In this document: positions 19,640-28,596 of the stretch, one piece after another
Layout of the letters: every line of letters starts with the position of its first letter
Position numbering within the stretch: position 1 is the stretch's first letter
Source: an uncultured Clostridia bacterium
GTDB taxonomy: Bacteria; Bacillota; Clostridia; Oscillospirales; UBA644
Length of the DNA stretch: 54,564 nt
Direction of reading: 5' to 3'
Assembly (NCBI GenBank): GCA_944382895.1
Contig: CALWNV010000003.1
Location: forward strand, 1-54,564
Notes under the pieces: model-generated
What the model was told of the DNA's origin: nothing
Seen by the model: the letters and a program-made list of their open reading frames with translations, nothing else
Database searches by the model: none
Program-made: the position numbers and the translations under genes

Positions 19640-21565
19640 ATCAGGGTTCCCATTCTCATCTCCGGTTTCCTCAATATATCTTTTCGCCTGAGTTACAAAA
19701 AGATCCCTGTACTTTCCTCCCATATCCATAAGTTCACGATGCGTCCCTTGCTCTACTATTTTCCCGTTTTCAAGAAAAAATATTTTTGTAGCAAGAGTAG
19801 CACTTGAAAGCCGATGTGATACGAAAACCGTAAGCTTATTACGACGCAATTTATCAAACTGAGAAAATATCTCCTGTTCTGCCAGAGGATCCAGCGACGC
19901 GGTCGGTTCATCAAGGATCATGATTTCACTATTTCTGAAAAATGCACGCGCAACAGCGATCTTCTGCCATTGACCTATTGAAAGCTCTGTGCCGTTTTCC
20001 TCAAAAACCCGCATAAGCGGAGTATCGTAACCCAGGCGTAATTTATCAATAAACTCGGCGGCGGCAGAACATTCGGCAGCATTTTTCACTTTTTCTAAAT
20101 CGCCTGCACGCGCAATTTCTCCGAAAGAAATATTCTCGCTAACAGTAAAAGCGTATTTACCAAAATCTTGAAAAATTATCCCGAAAATCGAATATAATTC
20201 CTTAATATCATATTCTCTAATATCATGACCGTCAAGGTATATTACACCGGAAGTCGGGTCATAAAGCCGAGTAAGAAGTTTAAGCAAAGTCGTTTTCCCT
20301 GCGCCGTTAAGCCCGACCAGAACAACCGTATCGCCCTGCCCTATCTTAAATGAAACATTGTTCAAAACCTTTTTTTGAGTACCGGGATATGCAAAACTGA
20401 CATGAGAAAATTCTATTGTATGTGATTGCCGCTTGTCGACATGTCGGGGCTCAGAAAGCGACGGAGAGATATATGTCGGAGTTTTCATAAAATCGATCAT
20501 ATTATCTATAAACAAAGTTCCTTCATAAATACTTGCTGAAGTAGAGATAATAGACGAAACTCCGTTTGAAATCGAAAAAATAGCATTTGTATACAAGCTG
20601 TAATCGCCTATCGTCAGTTCCTGCGCGAAGCACTTTTGAACAATACGGAAAAATACCGAACCGTTAACAGCCGTGGACAAGATCGCAAAACCAATGCCCC
20701 ACAGCCCCTCATTTACGATGAGACTTTTAAGCCCCTTGAAATAATTTTTGAAAACATCTGTATATCTGCCTATGAAAAAATCAGAAAGATTAAAAAGTTT
20801 GACTTCTTTTACAAGATCTTTATCAACAATAAGATTCGCATAATAATCCATCTGTCTGCGATCTTTTGAACGACGACGCATATATGAAAAATTCTTCTTG
20901 CGATATCTATATGTAACCACCGCCATCGGCACCGAAAGTACAATAATCAACGGAGGAGCCCATGGTATCGCCGCCCCCAGTACCGTGATAAAACTTATAA
21001 GGCTTATAAACGAACTAACTATAGAAAAAGAAGCTTCAAGCACCTGGATAGGTCTGCGTCCCGCCTCAAGTGTTGCGTTTTCAAGTTTTGAATAAAACTC
21101 AGGCAAATCAAAAAAAGCAAGATCAACTGTTTTGGCTTTGCTCATTATTTTAAGTTTTATGCTGTTTGACAAAAGCTCAGAAGATAAACGTGTTATCATA
21201 TTACCTACTGAATTGACTACCTGAACAAACAGCTGAAAACCAAGCTGTAGAACCAAAAGCAAAATCAACGTGGACCACTCAACATCCTGGCCTGTAACGG
21301 CAAGGGTAAGAGTATCAAGAAAAAGCTTCGCGATATACGCCGAAATAAGCGGTGAAATACCATTAAAAACAGCTTTGAACGACATGATAAAAAGGAGAAG
21401 AGGTTTTGCGTCCCATACAAGCCTGTAAATATATAAAAGCCTGACTATCATATCCTTCGCTGTTTTAAAAATATACGGAAAAAAATTTTTAATCCCTTTA
21501 GGTCGCTTTTTGGGATTACCGTCCCCTGACATCGGAGGACCAAACCCTCCAGGAGGCATAAACAT
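19556..21565 (-). CDS. ABC exporter, fused permease and ATPase
   Basis: N-terminal TM domain, GLNGAGKTT, LSIGQWQK, ILDEPT, SHR. Confidence 0.92.
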   Translation of the reverse strand: MFMPPGGFGPPMSGDGNPKKRPKGIKNFFPYIFKTAKDMIVRLLYIYRLVWDAKPLLLFIMSFKAVFNGISPLISAYIAKLFLDTLTLAVTGQDVEWSTLILLLVLQLGFQLFVQVVNSVGNMITRLSSELLSNSIKLKIMSKAKTVDLAFFDLPEFYSKLENATLEAGRRPIQVLEASFSIVSSFISLISFITVLGAAIPWAPPLIIVLSVPMAVVTYRYRKKNFSYMRRRSKDRRQMDYYANLIVDKDLVKEVKLFNLSDFFIGRYTDVFKNYFKGLKSLIVNEGLWGIGFAILSTAVNGSVFFRIVQKCFAQELTIGDYSLYTNAIFSISNGVSSIISTSASIYEGTLFIDNMIDFMKTPTYISPSLSEPRHVDKRQSHTIEFSHVSFAYPGTQKKVLNNVSFKIGQGDTVVLVGLNGAGKTTLLKLLTRLYDPTSGVIYLDGHDIREYDIKELYSIFGIIFQDFGKYAFTVSENISFGEIARAGDLEKVKNAAECSAAAEFIDKLRLGYDTPLMRVFEENGTELSIGQWQKIAVARAFFRNSEIMILDEPTASLDPLAEQEIFSQFDKLRRNKLTVFVSHRLSSATLATKIFFLENGKIVEQGTHRELMDMGGKYRDLFVTQAKRYIEETGDENGNPDLQSDKEPHEHRRERSADDAVVNSGYDG

Positions 21566-21585
21566 ATATAAATATCACTCCTATA

Positions 21586-21602
21586 TTTAGTTAGTTAACT
21601 AA
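21586..21602. promoter_or_regulatory. Palindromic operator (probable MarR site) upstream of the ABC exporter
   Basis: TTTAGTTAGTTAACTAA contains the perfect palindrome TTAGTTAACTAA and matches 37011-37027 at 16 of 17 positions. Confidence 0.65.
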
Positions 21603-21606
21603 TATT

Positions 21607-21635
21607 AGTATAGACACATTTTGCGGCCTTGTCAA
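21607..21635 (-). promoter_or_regulatory. Sigma-A promoter of the ABC exporter
   Basis: TTGACA-17 bp-TATACT on the minus strand. Confidence 0.75.
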
Positions 21636-21770
21636 TATGATTAACAATATTTTCATAATTTTACAAAAAAACTCTTTGTATTTGTCCACGCTAAGCCTTT
21701 CACAAAAACAAACTTTATCTTAAGTCAAATAAAAAAATTTCAAAAAATTATAGTCTTACTTACAAAAAAC

Positions 21771-21801
21771 AAAAAAACGGGCAACATCACACACCCGTTT
21801 T
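21771..21801 (-). terminator. Terminator after the SDR gene
   Basis: AAACGGG...CCCGTTT stem with a T-tract on the minus strand. Confidence 0.6.
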
Positions 21802-21809
21802 ATCTGTAT

Positions 21810-22523
21810 TCAAAATATCCCGCCGTCCACGCTGAGTATCTGCCCTGTAATAAAAGAATCCGTATCCGCCAAAAACAACACAGCTTTTGCAACATCTTCA
21901 GCACGTCCCAACCGCATAAGAGGGGTCATATTCTTGAATTCCGCTTCAGTCTCAGGAGAAATATTTTTATTCATATCTGTATCTATATATCCCGGAGAAA
22001 CAGCGTTTACCCTGATACCTGAAGGTCCCAACTCTTTCGCAAGAGCTTTTGTAAAACCTTCAAGCGCGGATTTTGATGCCGAATATATCACCTCGCAGGA
22101 AGAGCCTGTCTTAGCCCACATTGAGGAAATATTTATAATTGCTCCCTCTTTTTTTTCTATCATATAAGGAAGAGCCGCCTGTGTACAAAAAAACGCGCCG
22201 CGCATATTAGTATCAAATACCGCGTTATAATCTTCGTTCGAAATATCGTTAATTTGCTTTTGTAAGGATATTCCAGCATTATTTACCAGAACATCGACAC
22301 CTCCGAAAATGCTCTTTGCCGTCGCGAACATTATCTCAACTTCCCCACGATCTCTTATATCTGCCTCAACAGCAACTGCATTTTTCAGAGTTTTTGCCAA
22401 AACAAGAGCTTCGCTGCGCGATTTCCGATAATTCACAACAACATTATATCCGGCAGCAGAAAACGCTTCTGCCGTTGCTCTGCCTATTCCCTTTGCAGCT
22501 CCGGTTATCAAAACGGTTTTCAT
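21810..22523 (-). CDS. Short-chain dehydrogenase/reductase, FabG/YmfI-like
   Basis: TGAAKGIG, NNAG, YSASK, PGYIDTDM. NISSMW..GSSCEVIY resembles the YmfI (EF-P modification) subgroup. Confidence 0.85.
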   Translation of the reverse strand: MKTVLITGAAKGIGRATAEAFSAAGYNVVVNYRKSRSEALVLAKTLKNAVAVEADIRDRGEVEIMFATAKSIFGGVDVLVNNAGISLQKQINDISNEDYNAVFDTNMRGAFFCTQAALPYMIEKKEGAIINISSMWAKTGSSCEVIYSASKSALEGFTKALAKELGPSGIRVNAVSPGYIDTDMNKNISPETEAEFKNMTPLMRLGRAEDVAKAVLFLADTDSFITGQILSVDGGIF

Positions 22524-23764
22524 TTCTTTTTTCTCCGATTAAAAAACCTTTCTGTTTTTTTTCTCTCAATTTTCTTAGGCGCAGGGGGAGAGTCTTCGCT
22601 GTCATATGGATCGAAACACGCATTTTCAAGATCCCGCTCTTTGAGGTTGCGTGTAGTATAGCGTTTCAGAAGCTTATATATAACCGCGGCTGTCGGAACA
22701 CCTATAAGCATCCCAGTCACGCCAAACAGTCCTCCTCCGACAATAATAGAAAGCATAACAAGCAGAGACGGGATACCTGTTCGTTCCCCGATAATTCGTG
22801 GAACGATTATATTCCCATCTACCTGTTGTACTATCAATATAAATATAATGAAAAAGAACGCCCACTTAGGATCTATCGCAAGTAAAAGTATCGCTGAAGG
22901 GATAGCGCCCAAAAACGGTCCGAAAAACGGAATAATATTCGTTACGGCGACTATAACGCTTATAAGACCCGCGTATGGGAACGTGAATATCGATAAGCCT
23001 ATAAAGCAAATAGTGCCAACAATTGCTGCATCAAGAAGCTGTCCGGAAATATATTTTGTAAACGTATCTGTTGTAAGTGAGGTGATCTCACATGCGCGAG
23101 TTGCAAATTTTGAAGGCATAAAAGCATATGTCACTCGCTTGATATTACGTATAAGAAACTCACGAGAGGCAAGCATGTATATAGACATCGCAAAACCTAC
23201 AATGGTATTTGCAACAGTGCCCGCAATACTTTTTGTTATATCGAATATCTGAGGGAACATATTAAGGAACATCTGTACAATACCCTCAGCTCCTTGTGAT
23301 GAGAGCCCCTCAAACCAGGCAGTCAACCATTCGACAAGTTTGTCAAAAATAGAGATCTGTATCCCAAATCTGTCTTCTATATCCACGAGGAAGCCTTTGA
23401 ATCCTTCAAGGTAATCGGGATATTTATTTACAATCTCCGTTATACTGTTTATGATCTCCGGAAAAATAAACAAAAGGAGAAGAGAAATAGCCGCAAGTGA
23501 AAACAGATAAATCAGAATAATCGAAACCGCTTTCACTACGCCTGATGTTTCATCCTTTTTAATTATTTTCGCGAAAGAACGCCTGACAGATTTATACGGA
23601 CGGCTGAGAACAAGAGCTATTCCCATTCCTATAAAAAGGGAAGAAAAAAGACCAAGTATAAACGAAACAGCCGTAAGAACAAAATCTATACGGACTAATG
23701 CCGCAACTATCAGAATACTTATGACAGCCAAAAGCAACACGCTTTTGAACATCTTTTTTTCCAA
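22520..23764 (-). CDS. AI-2E family transporter (PerM-like)
   Basis: TNIIPFFGPFLG, QQVDGNIIVPRIIG, GGGLFGVTGMLIGVP. Confidence 0.92.
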   Translation of the reverse strand: MEKKMFKSVLLLAVISILIVAALVRIDFVLTAVSFILGLFSSLFIGMGIALVLSRPYKSVRRSFAKIIKKDETSGVVKAVSIILIYLFSLAAISLLLLFIFPEIINSITEIVNKYPDYLEGFKGFLVDIEDRFGIQISIFDKLVEWLTAWFEGLSSQGAEGIVQMFLNMFPQIFDITKSIAGTVANTIVGFAMSIYMLASREFLIRNIKRVTYAFMPSKFATRACEITSLTTDTFTKYISGQLLDAAIVGTICFIGLSIFTFPYAGLISVIVAVTNIIPFFGPFLGAIPSAILLLAIDPKWAFFFIIFILIVQQVDGNIIVPRIIGERTGIPSLLVMLSIIVGGGLFGVTGMLIGVPTAAVIYKLLKRYTTRNLKERDLENACFDPYDSEDSPPAPKKIERKKTERFFNRRKKK

Positions 23765-23817
23765 AAGATCATTCTCCTTTCGGAACTGAAAATTCCTTAC
23801 AACAGGTTTATATTAAA

Positions 23818-23846
23818 AGTATACCATATTTTGCACAAAATGTCCA
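23818..23846 (-). promoter_or_regulatory. Putative sigma-A promoter of the AI-2E/SDR operon
   Basis: TGGACA-17 bp-TATACT with extended TG. Confidence 0.5.
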
Positions 23847-23937
23847 CACCTAATAAAAATATTTTCTGAAATAAAAAACATATATAAATAATTTCTTATT
23901 AACAAAAGGATATCAACTCTAAAGACTTATTCAGGTT

Positions 23938-23967
23938 GTAATTTTCATATTTCCCGCCGCATAGACT
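23938..23967 (+). promoter_or_regulatory. Possible sigma-E (mother-cell) promoter of ylbJ
   Basis: CATAGACT matches the sigma-E -10 consensus cATAcanT just upstream of the RBS; the -35 match is weak. Confidence 0.35.
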
Positions 23968-23982
23968 CAATAGGGGGATATT

Positions 23983-25134
23983 ATGCCGGAAAAAAAGAAA
24001 ATCTTTGAATATCTTTCATTTGTTATCACACTGATCGGATTCGCAGGGCTTTTAATATTTACATCTGACTGTATCAATTCAGCAAAAAAAGCGGTAGACA
24101 TGTGTCTAAATATAATCATACCGTCACTGTTCCCGTTTTTTATATTTTCCTCATTGATCATTTCCTCAGGGATATGCGAAAAGATACAACGACCGATGGA
24201 AAAAATAATGAAGCCTCTTTTCAACGTTTCCGGAGCATGCTCCGCGGCGTTTATTCTGGGAATATTATCCGGATTTCCCGTAGGAGCAAAAACAGCAGTA
24301 ACATTATACGAAAAAAGGTTATGCAGTAAAACAGAGGCTGAGAGAGTACTGGCATTCTGTAATAACGCCGGTCCGTTTTTTATTTTAGGCACAGTAGGAG
24401 TAGGAATGTGGCAAAGCTCAAAAGCCGGATGGATATTGTGGTCAGCTCAGGCAATATCTGCAATTTTGACAGGTATTATTTTTGGGCATCTATGGAAAAG
24501 GCATGACCACCCTTCAAAAACATATGCAGCTTCCGCAAAAAAAAGACTTTCACCTTCAAAAAATCTTTTCAGCGCGGTTAGCGGAAGCGCGGCAAGCATG
24601 GTATCAATATGCGCGTTTATAATATTTTTTGCTGTTATAGTGGCTCTTCTTCAAGCATCTGGAATTATAGGCGGATTCGCATCGCTCATATGTAAAATAT
24701 TCCCCTCATTATCAGAAAAAACAACAGAAAATATACTCTCCGGCTTTTTCGAAATGACAACAGGGATTGCGGCTGTGGGGAACAACACACCTCTTGTGCA
24801 AGGGCTGACCGTTACCGGCGCACTTTTAGGCTGGGCTGGGCTCTCAGTGCACTGTCAGGTATTATCGGTTGTACATGAAAGCGGACTTTCAACCCGCCCA
24901 TATTTCTACGGAAAACTTATGCAGACAGCCCTTTCTGCAACAATCACATTTTTATTTTCGGTATTTTTTACACTTCCGGACAAAAAAGATGTATTCATAA
25001 ACTATTCCACTTCCGGACTCTCTCCGTTTTCGGCAAGTGAATTATTTGCACTATGCACGGCAATATCAATCTTTTTACTTTGCGCGTTTGCAATTGTATC
25101 CGAACTGACAGATAAAAAGAAGGAGAAAAACTGA
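23983..25134 (+). CDS. ylbJ: Sporulation integral membrane protein YlbJ
   Basis: IIPSLFPFFI, SGFPVGAK, FCNNAGPFFILG, FEMTTG, GWAGLSVHCQ. Confidence 0.88.
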   Translation: MPEKKKIFEYLSFVITLIGFAGLLIFTSDCINSAKKAVDMCLNIIIPSLFPFFIFSSLIISSGICEKIQRPMEKIMKPLFNVSGACSAAFILGILSGFPVGAKTAVTLYEKRLCSKTEAERVLAFCNNAGPFFILGTVGVGMWQSSKAGWILWSAQAISAILTGIIFGHLWKRHDHPSKTYAASAKKRLSPSKNLFSAVSGSAASMVSICAFIIFFAVIVALLQASGIIGGFASLICKIFPSLSEKTTENILSGFFEMTTGIAAVGNNTPLVQGLTVTGALLGWAGLSVHCQVLSVVHESGLSTRPYFYGKLMQTALSATITFLFSVFFTLPDKKDVFINYSTSGLSPFSASELFALCTAISIFLLCAFAIVSELTDKKKEKN

Positions 25135-25204
25135 TACCGTTTTTTATTTTATAATGAATTCTACTTAATAATCTATATTAAAAATCTGAATTTTTACATT
25201 AAAC

Positions 25205-25249
25205 AACAAGGCCGCAAAGAATATACTATATTTCTCTTGCGGCCTTGTT
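25205..25249. terminator. 13-bp perfect inverted repeat between convergent ylbJ and capF-like genes
   Basis: AACAAGGCCGCAA-19 nt-TTGCGGCCTTGTT. Confidence 0.7.
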
Positions 25250-25419
25250 TCAAGCTCTGGATACAGTAAAGTTTCAGGCAGAAGATATCACGCATCAACC
25301 CAATTTTTTACTGAAAAATTTTATAAAACTTTTTCCCCGTTAACTCTGACTGATTTCAATACAAACATCAAAGATACAACAAAAAAAGCGCCCAATAACA
25401 CTGAATTATTTTTTATCTG

Positions 25420-26535
25420 TTAAACTTCCATAAAAAATGTATCCGGATTTTCCGGGTCAAACGGTTCGTTTGCCCACATAAAAGTTATCAAATCAGTTTC
25501 ACCCTCATTTTTTATGGAATGAGTATAGCCGGTAGGAATATCGACAACTTCAAGCCTTTCCCCGCTCACATGATACTCATATATCTCATTTTCACCGACC
25601 TTGCGAAAACGTATAACACCTCTCCCGCTTACGACAAGAAATTTTTCGTTTTTGGAATGATGCCAATGATTGCCTTTGGTTATACCGGGCTTCGCAACGT
25701 TTACGGAAAATTGGCCCCTGTCCGCGGTCCTTATTATTTCCGTAAACGAACCTCGATCATCAATGTTCATTTTCAATGGATAAGAAAAATCGTTTTCAGG
25801 CAGATAACTGAGGTACGTGCTGTAAAGTTTTTTCTCAAAACCATCCGACATATCCGGAACAGCGAGAGTCTTACGTGACTCCTTAAACGAATAAATCAAA
25901 TCAACGATATTCCCAAGTTTTGTCTCGTGAAGTTCCGGCACTCTGCAAAACCGAGGATCTTCCGCCCGAGTTTCCTCGCCGCATAAAGCTCTTTCAAACT
26001 CGCGCACGATATCATCGATGTAAACAAGCCTCATATCTACTGATGGATCATTTACCTGAATAGTCAGTCCCCGGGCTATATTATTGCAGAATGTCGCAAC
26101 CGCACTGTTATAATTCGGTCTACACCATTTACCGAAAACGTTCGCCAAACGATATATCAGAACTTTTACACCGTTTTTCTCACCGTATGAAAACATAAGA
26201 TCCTCTCCGGCCTTTTTGCTCTTTCCATACGGATTATCCCTTTCCGCCTGTATCGACGAGGTTATAAGAACGGGGGCTTTATTCCCGGATTTTTCAAGGA
26301 GTGACAATAACGTAGAAGTAAATCCAAAATTCCCGTTCATGAAATCCTCTTCATGCTGAGGACGGTTTACACCGGCAAGATGAAATACAAAATCGCACTC
26401 TTCGGTATATTTTTCAAGAAGCTCCGGAGGAGTGTCCACATCATATTCAAAAACATCGCTGTATCCTTTTTGGCTCAAATCAAGACAAAGATTTTTACCA
26501 ATAAATCCTTTCGCGCCAGTAACTAAAATTCTCAT
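25420..26535 (-). CDS. capF: CapF/WbjC/FnlB-like UDP-sugar epimerase-reductase (L-FucNAc pathway)
   Basis: TGAKGFIG, HLAGVNRP, YGKSK, NVFGKWCRPNYNS, and a C-terminal cupin with KGNHWHHSKNEKF. Confidence 0.88.
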   Translation of the reverse strand: MRILVTGAKGFIGKNLCLDLSQKGYSDVFEYDVDTPPELLEKYTEECDFVFHLAGVNRPQHEEDFMNGNFGFTSTLLSLLEKSGNKAPVLITSSIQAERDNPYGKSKKAGEDLMFSYGEKNGVKVLIYRLANVFGKWCRPNYNSAVATFCNNIARGLTIQVNDPSVDMRLVYIDDIVREFERALCGEETRAEDPRFCRVPELHETKLGNIVDLIYSFKESRKTLAVPDMSDGFEKKLYSTYLSYLPENDFSYPLKMNIDDRGSFTEIIRTADRGQFSVNVAKPGITKGNHWHHSKNEKFLVVSGRGVIRFRKVGENEIYEYHVSGERLEVVDIPTGYTHSIKNEGETDLITFMWANEPFDPENPDTFFMEV

Positions 26536-26569
26536 GTAAAACCTCCACTCCAGATATCATTTAATTTAA

Positions 26570-27289
26570 TTAAAATTCTCCCAAACGCTCATTCAGTATA
26601 CCAAGGACAACCAGCGGGACCGTTTCTGTTCTTAATATACGGCTTCCGAGCGAAAGCAACGGTATGCCTTTACCTGAAACAGCCTCCGCCTCATCCTTTG
26701 AAAAACCGCCCTCGCTACCTATCATAATCGAAATACTACCATGAAGATCACAATTCTTAAGCTTTTGTGAAAATCTGACATCTCCCAACTCATAAAAGAA
26801 TAACGGAATATCCGATATATACAACATATCCAATGCTTTATCAAAACTAAAAACACCATCGACTGTCATTGGTATCTCTCTTCCGCACTGTACAGACGCT
26901 TCACGTGCTATCTTATTCAGCCTTTCGATCTTCGCGCCGGTTTTATCATTTACACGCACAGCACAGTTTTCAGAAAAAAATAAAACGACCTTGTCCGCAC
27001 CGAGTTCAGCGGCCTTCTGTACCGTAAACTCATTTTTATCCGATTTGCACAACGCGTGAAAAAGAGTAAGGGAAAAATCCCTTTTGTAAATCTTTTTTTT
27101 ATCCGAAAGAAAAATCACCGCTTTTTCCGTCGTTAAACTTTCAATCATCCCGTTATAAGTATTGCAACAGCTGTCGCTTACGCGTATGTTGTCTCCGGGT
27201 TTCAAACGCAAAACACGCAAATGTTTAACATCACTGCCTGTGACAATAGCACGACCATCCTCTATATCATCAACATAAATTATACGCAT
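26570..27289 (-). CDS. rsmE: 16S rRNA m3U1498 methyltransferase
   Basis: HLRVLRL, QKAAELG, EASVQCGR, IGSEGGF, LGSRILRTET. Start moved to ATG 27289. Confidence 0.92.
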   Translation of the reverse strand: MRIIYVDDIEDGRAIVTGSDVKHLRVLRLKPGDNIRVSDSCCNTYNGMIESLTTEKAVIFLSDKKKIYKRDFSLTLFHALCKSDKNEFTVQKAAELGADKVVLFFSENCAVRVNDKTGAKIERLNKIAREASVQCGREIPMTVDGVFSFDKALDMLYISDIPLFFYELGDVRFSQKLKNCDLHGSISIMIGSEGGFSKDEAEAVSGKGIPLLSLGSRILRTETVPLVVLGILNERLGEF

Positions 27290-27481
27290 ACCTACTCCCC
27301 AACAATACCTTTTTACTGAACAAAACATTATAACGATATATTTTTTATTATTATAGCACAATACATCTCAAAAGTAAATAATATTTTCAACATGCTCATC
27401 AATTTTTGATATTTCCATCTTATTTCACAAACAATACGCTTAAACCCGCCGACATCACCTCCGCAAAATCTCCTGCTTTAC

Positions 27482-27511
27482 TTGACAACTGTCACTATGT
27501 AATGGTATAAT
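27482..27511 (+). promoter_or_regulatory. Sigma-A promoter of lysR with an overlapping dyad
   Basis: TTGACA-18 bp-TATAAT with extended TG; the dyad TGACA-AC-TGTCA overlaps the -35. Confidence 0.65.
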
Positions 27512-27553
27512 ATATTTATAATTCTATGATAATGTTTACAGGGAGGCCATCGT

Positions 27554-28486
27554 TTGAACATTCTGCATTTGAAATATGTAGTGGAAGCCGAAAAAACAAG
27601 ATCTATAAGCAAGGCGGCCGAAAATCTCTATATGGGACAGCCGAACTTAAGCCGAGCTATAAAAGAGCTTGAGGAAGATTTAGGTATCACTATCTTTGAA
27701 AGAACATCAAAAGGTATCGATCTAACACCCCAAGGCGAAGAATTCATGCAGTACGCAAAAAGAATTATTTCACAAATCGACGAAGTCGAGGCCATATACA
27801 AAAGCGAAAAACATGAAAAACAAAAATTTTCGGTTTCCGTACCACGGGCAAGTTATATCGCGGAAGCATTTACTGATTTTGCAGCTCACATTGACACTGA
27901 AAAACCAGCTGAAATATTTTATAAAGAAACGAATTCCATGCGTGCTGTAAACAATATCCTTCAAGAAGACTATCATCTTGGAATAATACGTTATCAAGAT
28001 ACATTTGAGCCTTATTTCGCGGCTTTTTTACACGATAAAGGCTTAAAATCAGAGCTGATATACGAATTTTCATATGTTGCTCTTATGTCTAAAAACAATC
28101 CATTGAGCAAAAAAGAAGAGCTCAACACGAAAGATTTTTCAGAATGTATAGAGATAGCGCACGCAGATCCATATGTACCGTCTCTGCCTCTTATCGATTC
28201 AAAAAAAGCCGAACTTTCCGAATTTGTCAACAAAAGGATTTTTGTTTTTGAGAGAAGTTCACAAATGGATCTTCTGAGCAATGTCCCCAAAACATTTATG
28301 TGGGTCTCTCCTATTCCCAAAAGACTTCTTGACCTTTACGGGCTTGTGGAACGCGAATGTAAAGGGAATGAAAAAAAATACAAAGATGTGCTTATATACA
28401 GAAAAGACTACAGACTCTCCACTCTTGACAAAAAATTTCTTGAAATACTTAAGAAATACAAACCTCAAAAAAATCAGGAAAAATAG
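27554..28486 (+). CDS. LysR-family transcriptional regulator
   Basis: SISKAAENLYMGQPNLSRAIKELEEDLGITIFERTSKGIDLTPQG. Confidence 0.93.
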   Translation: MNILHLKYVVEAEKTRSISKAAENLYMGQPNLSRAIKELEEDLGITIFERTSKGIDLTPQGEEFMQYAKRIISQIDEVEAIYKSEKHEKQKFSVSVPRASYIAEAFTDFAAHIDTEKPAEIFYKETNSMRAVNNILQEDYHLGIIRYQDTFEPYFAAFLHDKGLKSELIYEFSYVALMSKNNPLSKKEELNTKDFSECIEIAHADPYVPSLPLIDSKKAELSEFVNKRIFVFERSSQMDLLSNVPKTFMWVSPIPKRLLDLYGLVERECKGNEKKYKDVLIYRKDYRLSTLDKKFLEILKKYKPQKNQEK

Positions 28487-28541
28487 TCAGTATTTATCCT
28501 GATAAAAAACAAAAACTTTACAATATTCATAAAACCGCATA

Positions 28542-28583
28542 AAAAACGCCCTGATACAAACTGAGAATCATCAGGGCGTTTTT
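28542..28583. terminator. Bidirectional terminator between lysR and the histidine kinase
   Basis: AAAAACGCCCTGAT-14 nt-ATCAGGGCGTTTTT, perfect 14-bp arms. Confidence 0.8.
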
Positions 28584-28596
28584 ATCATTGAAATTT

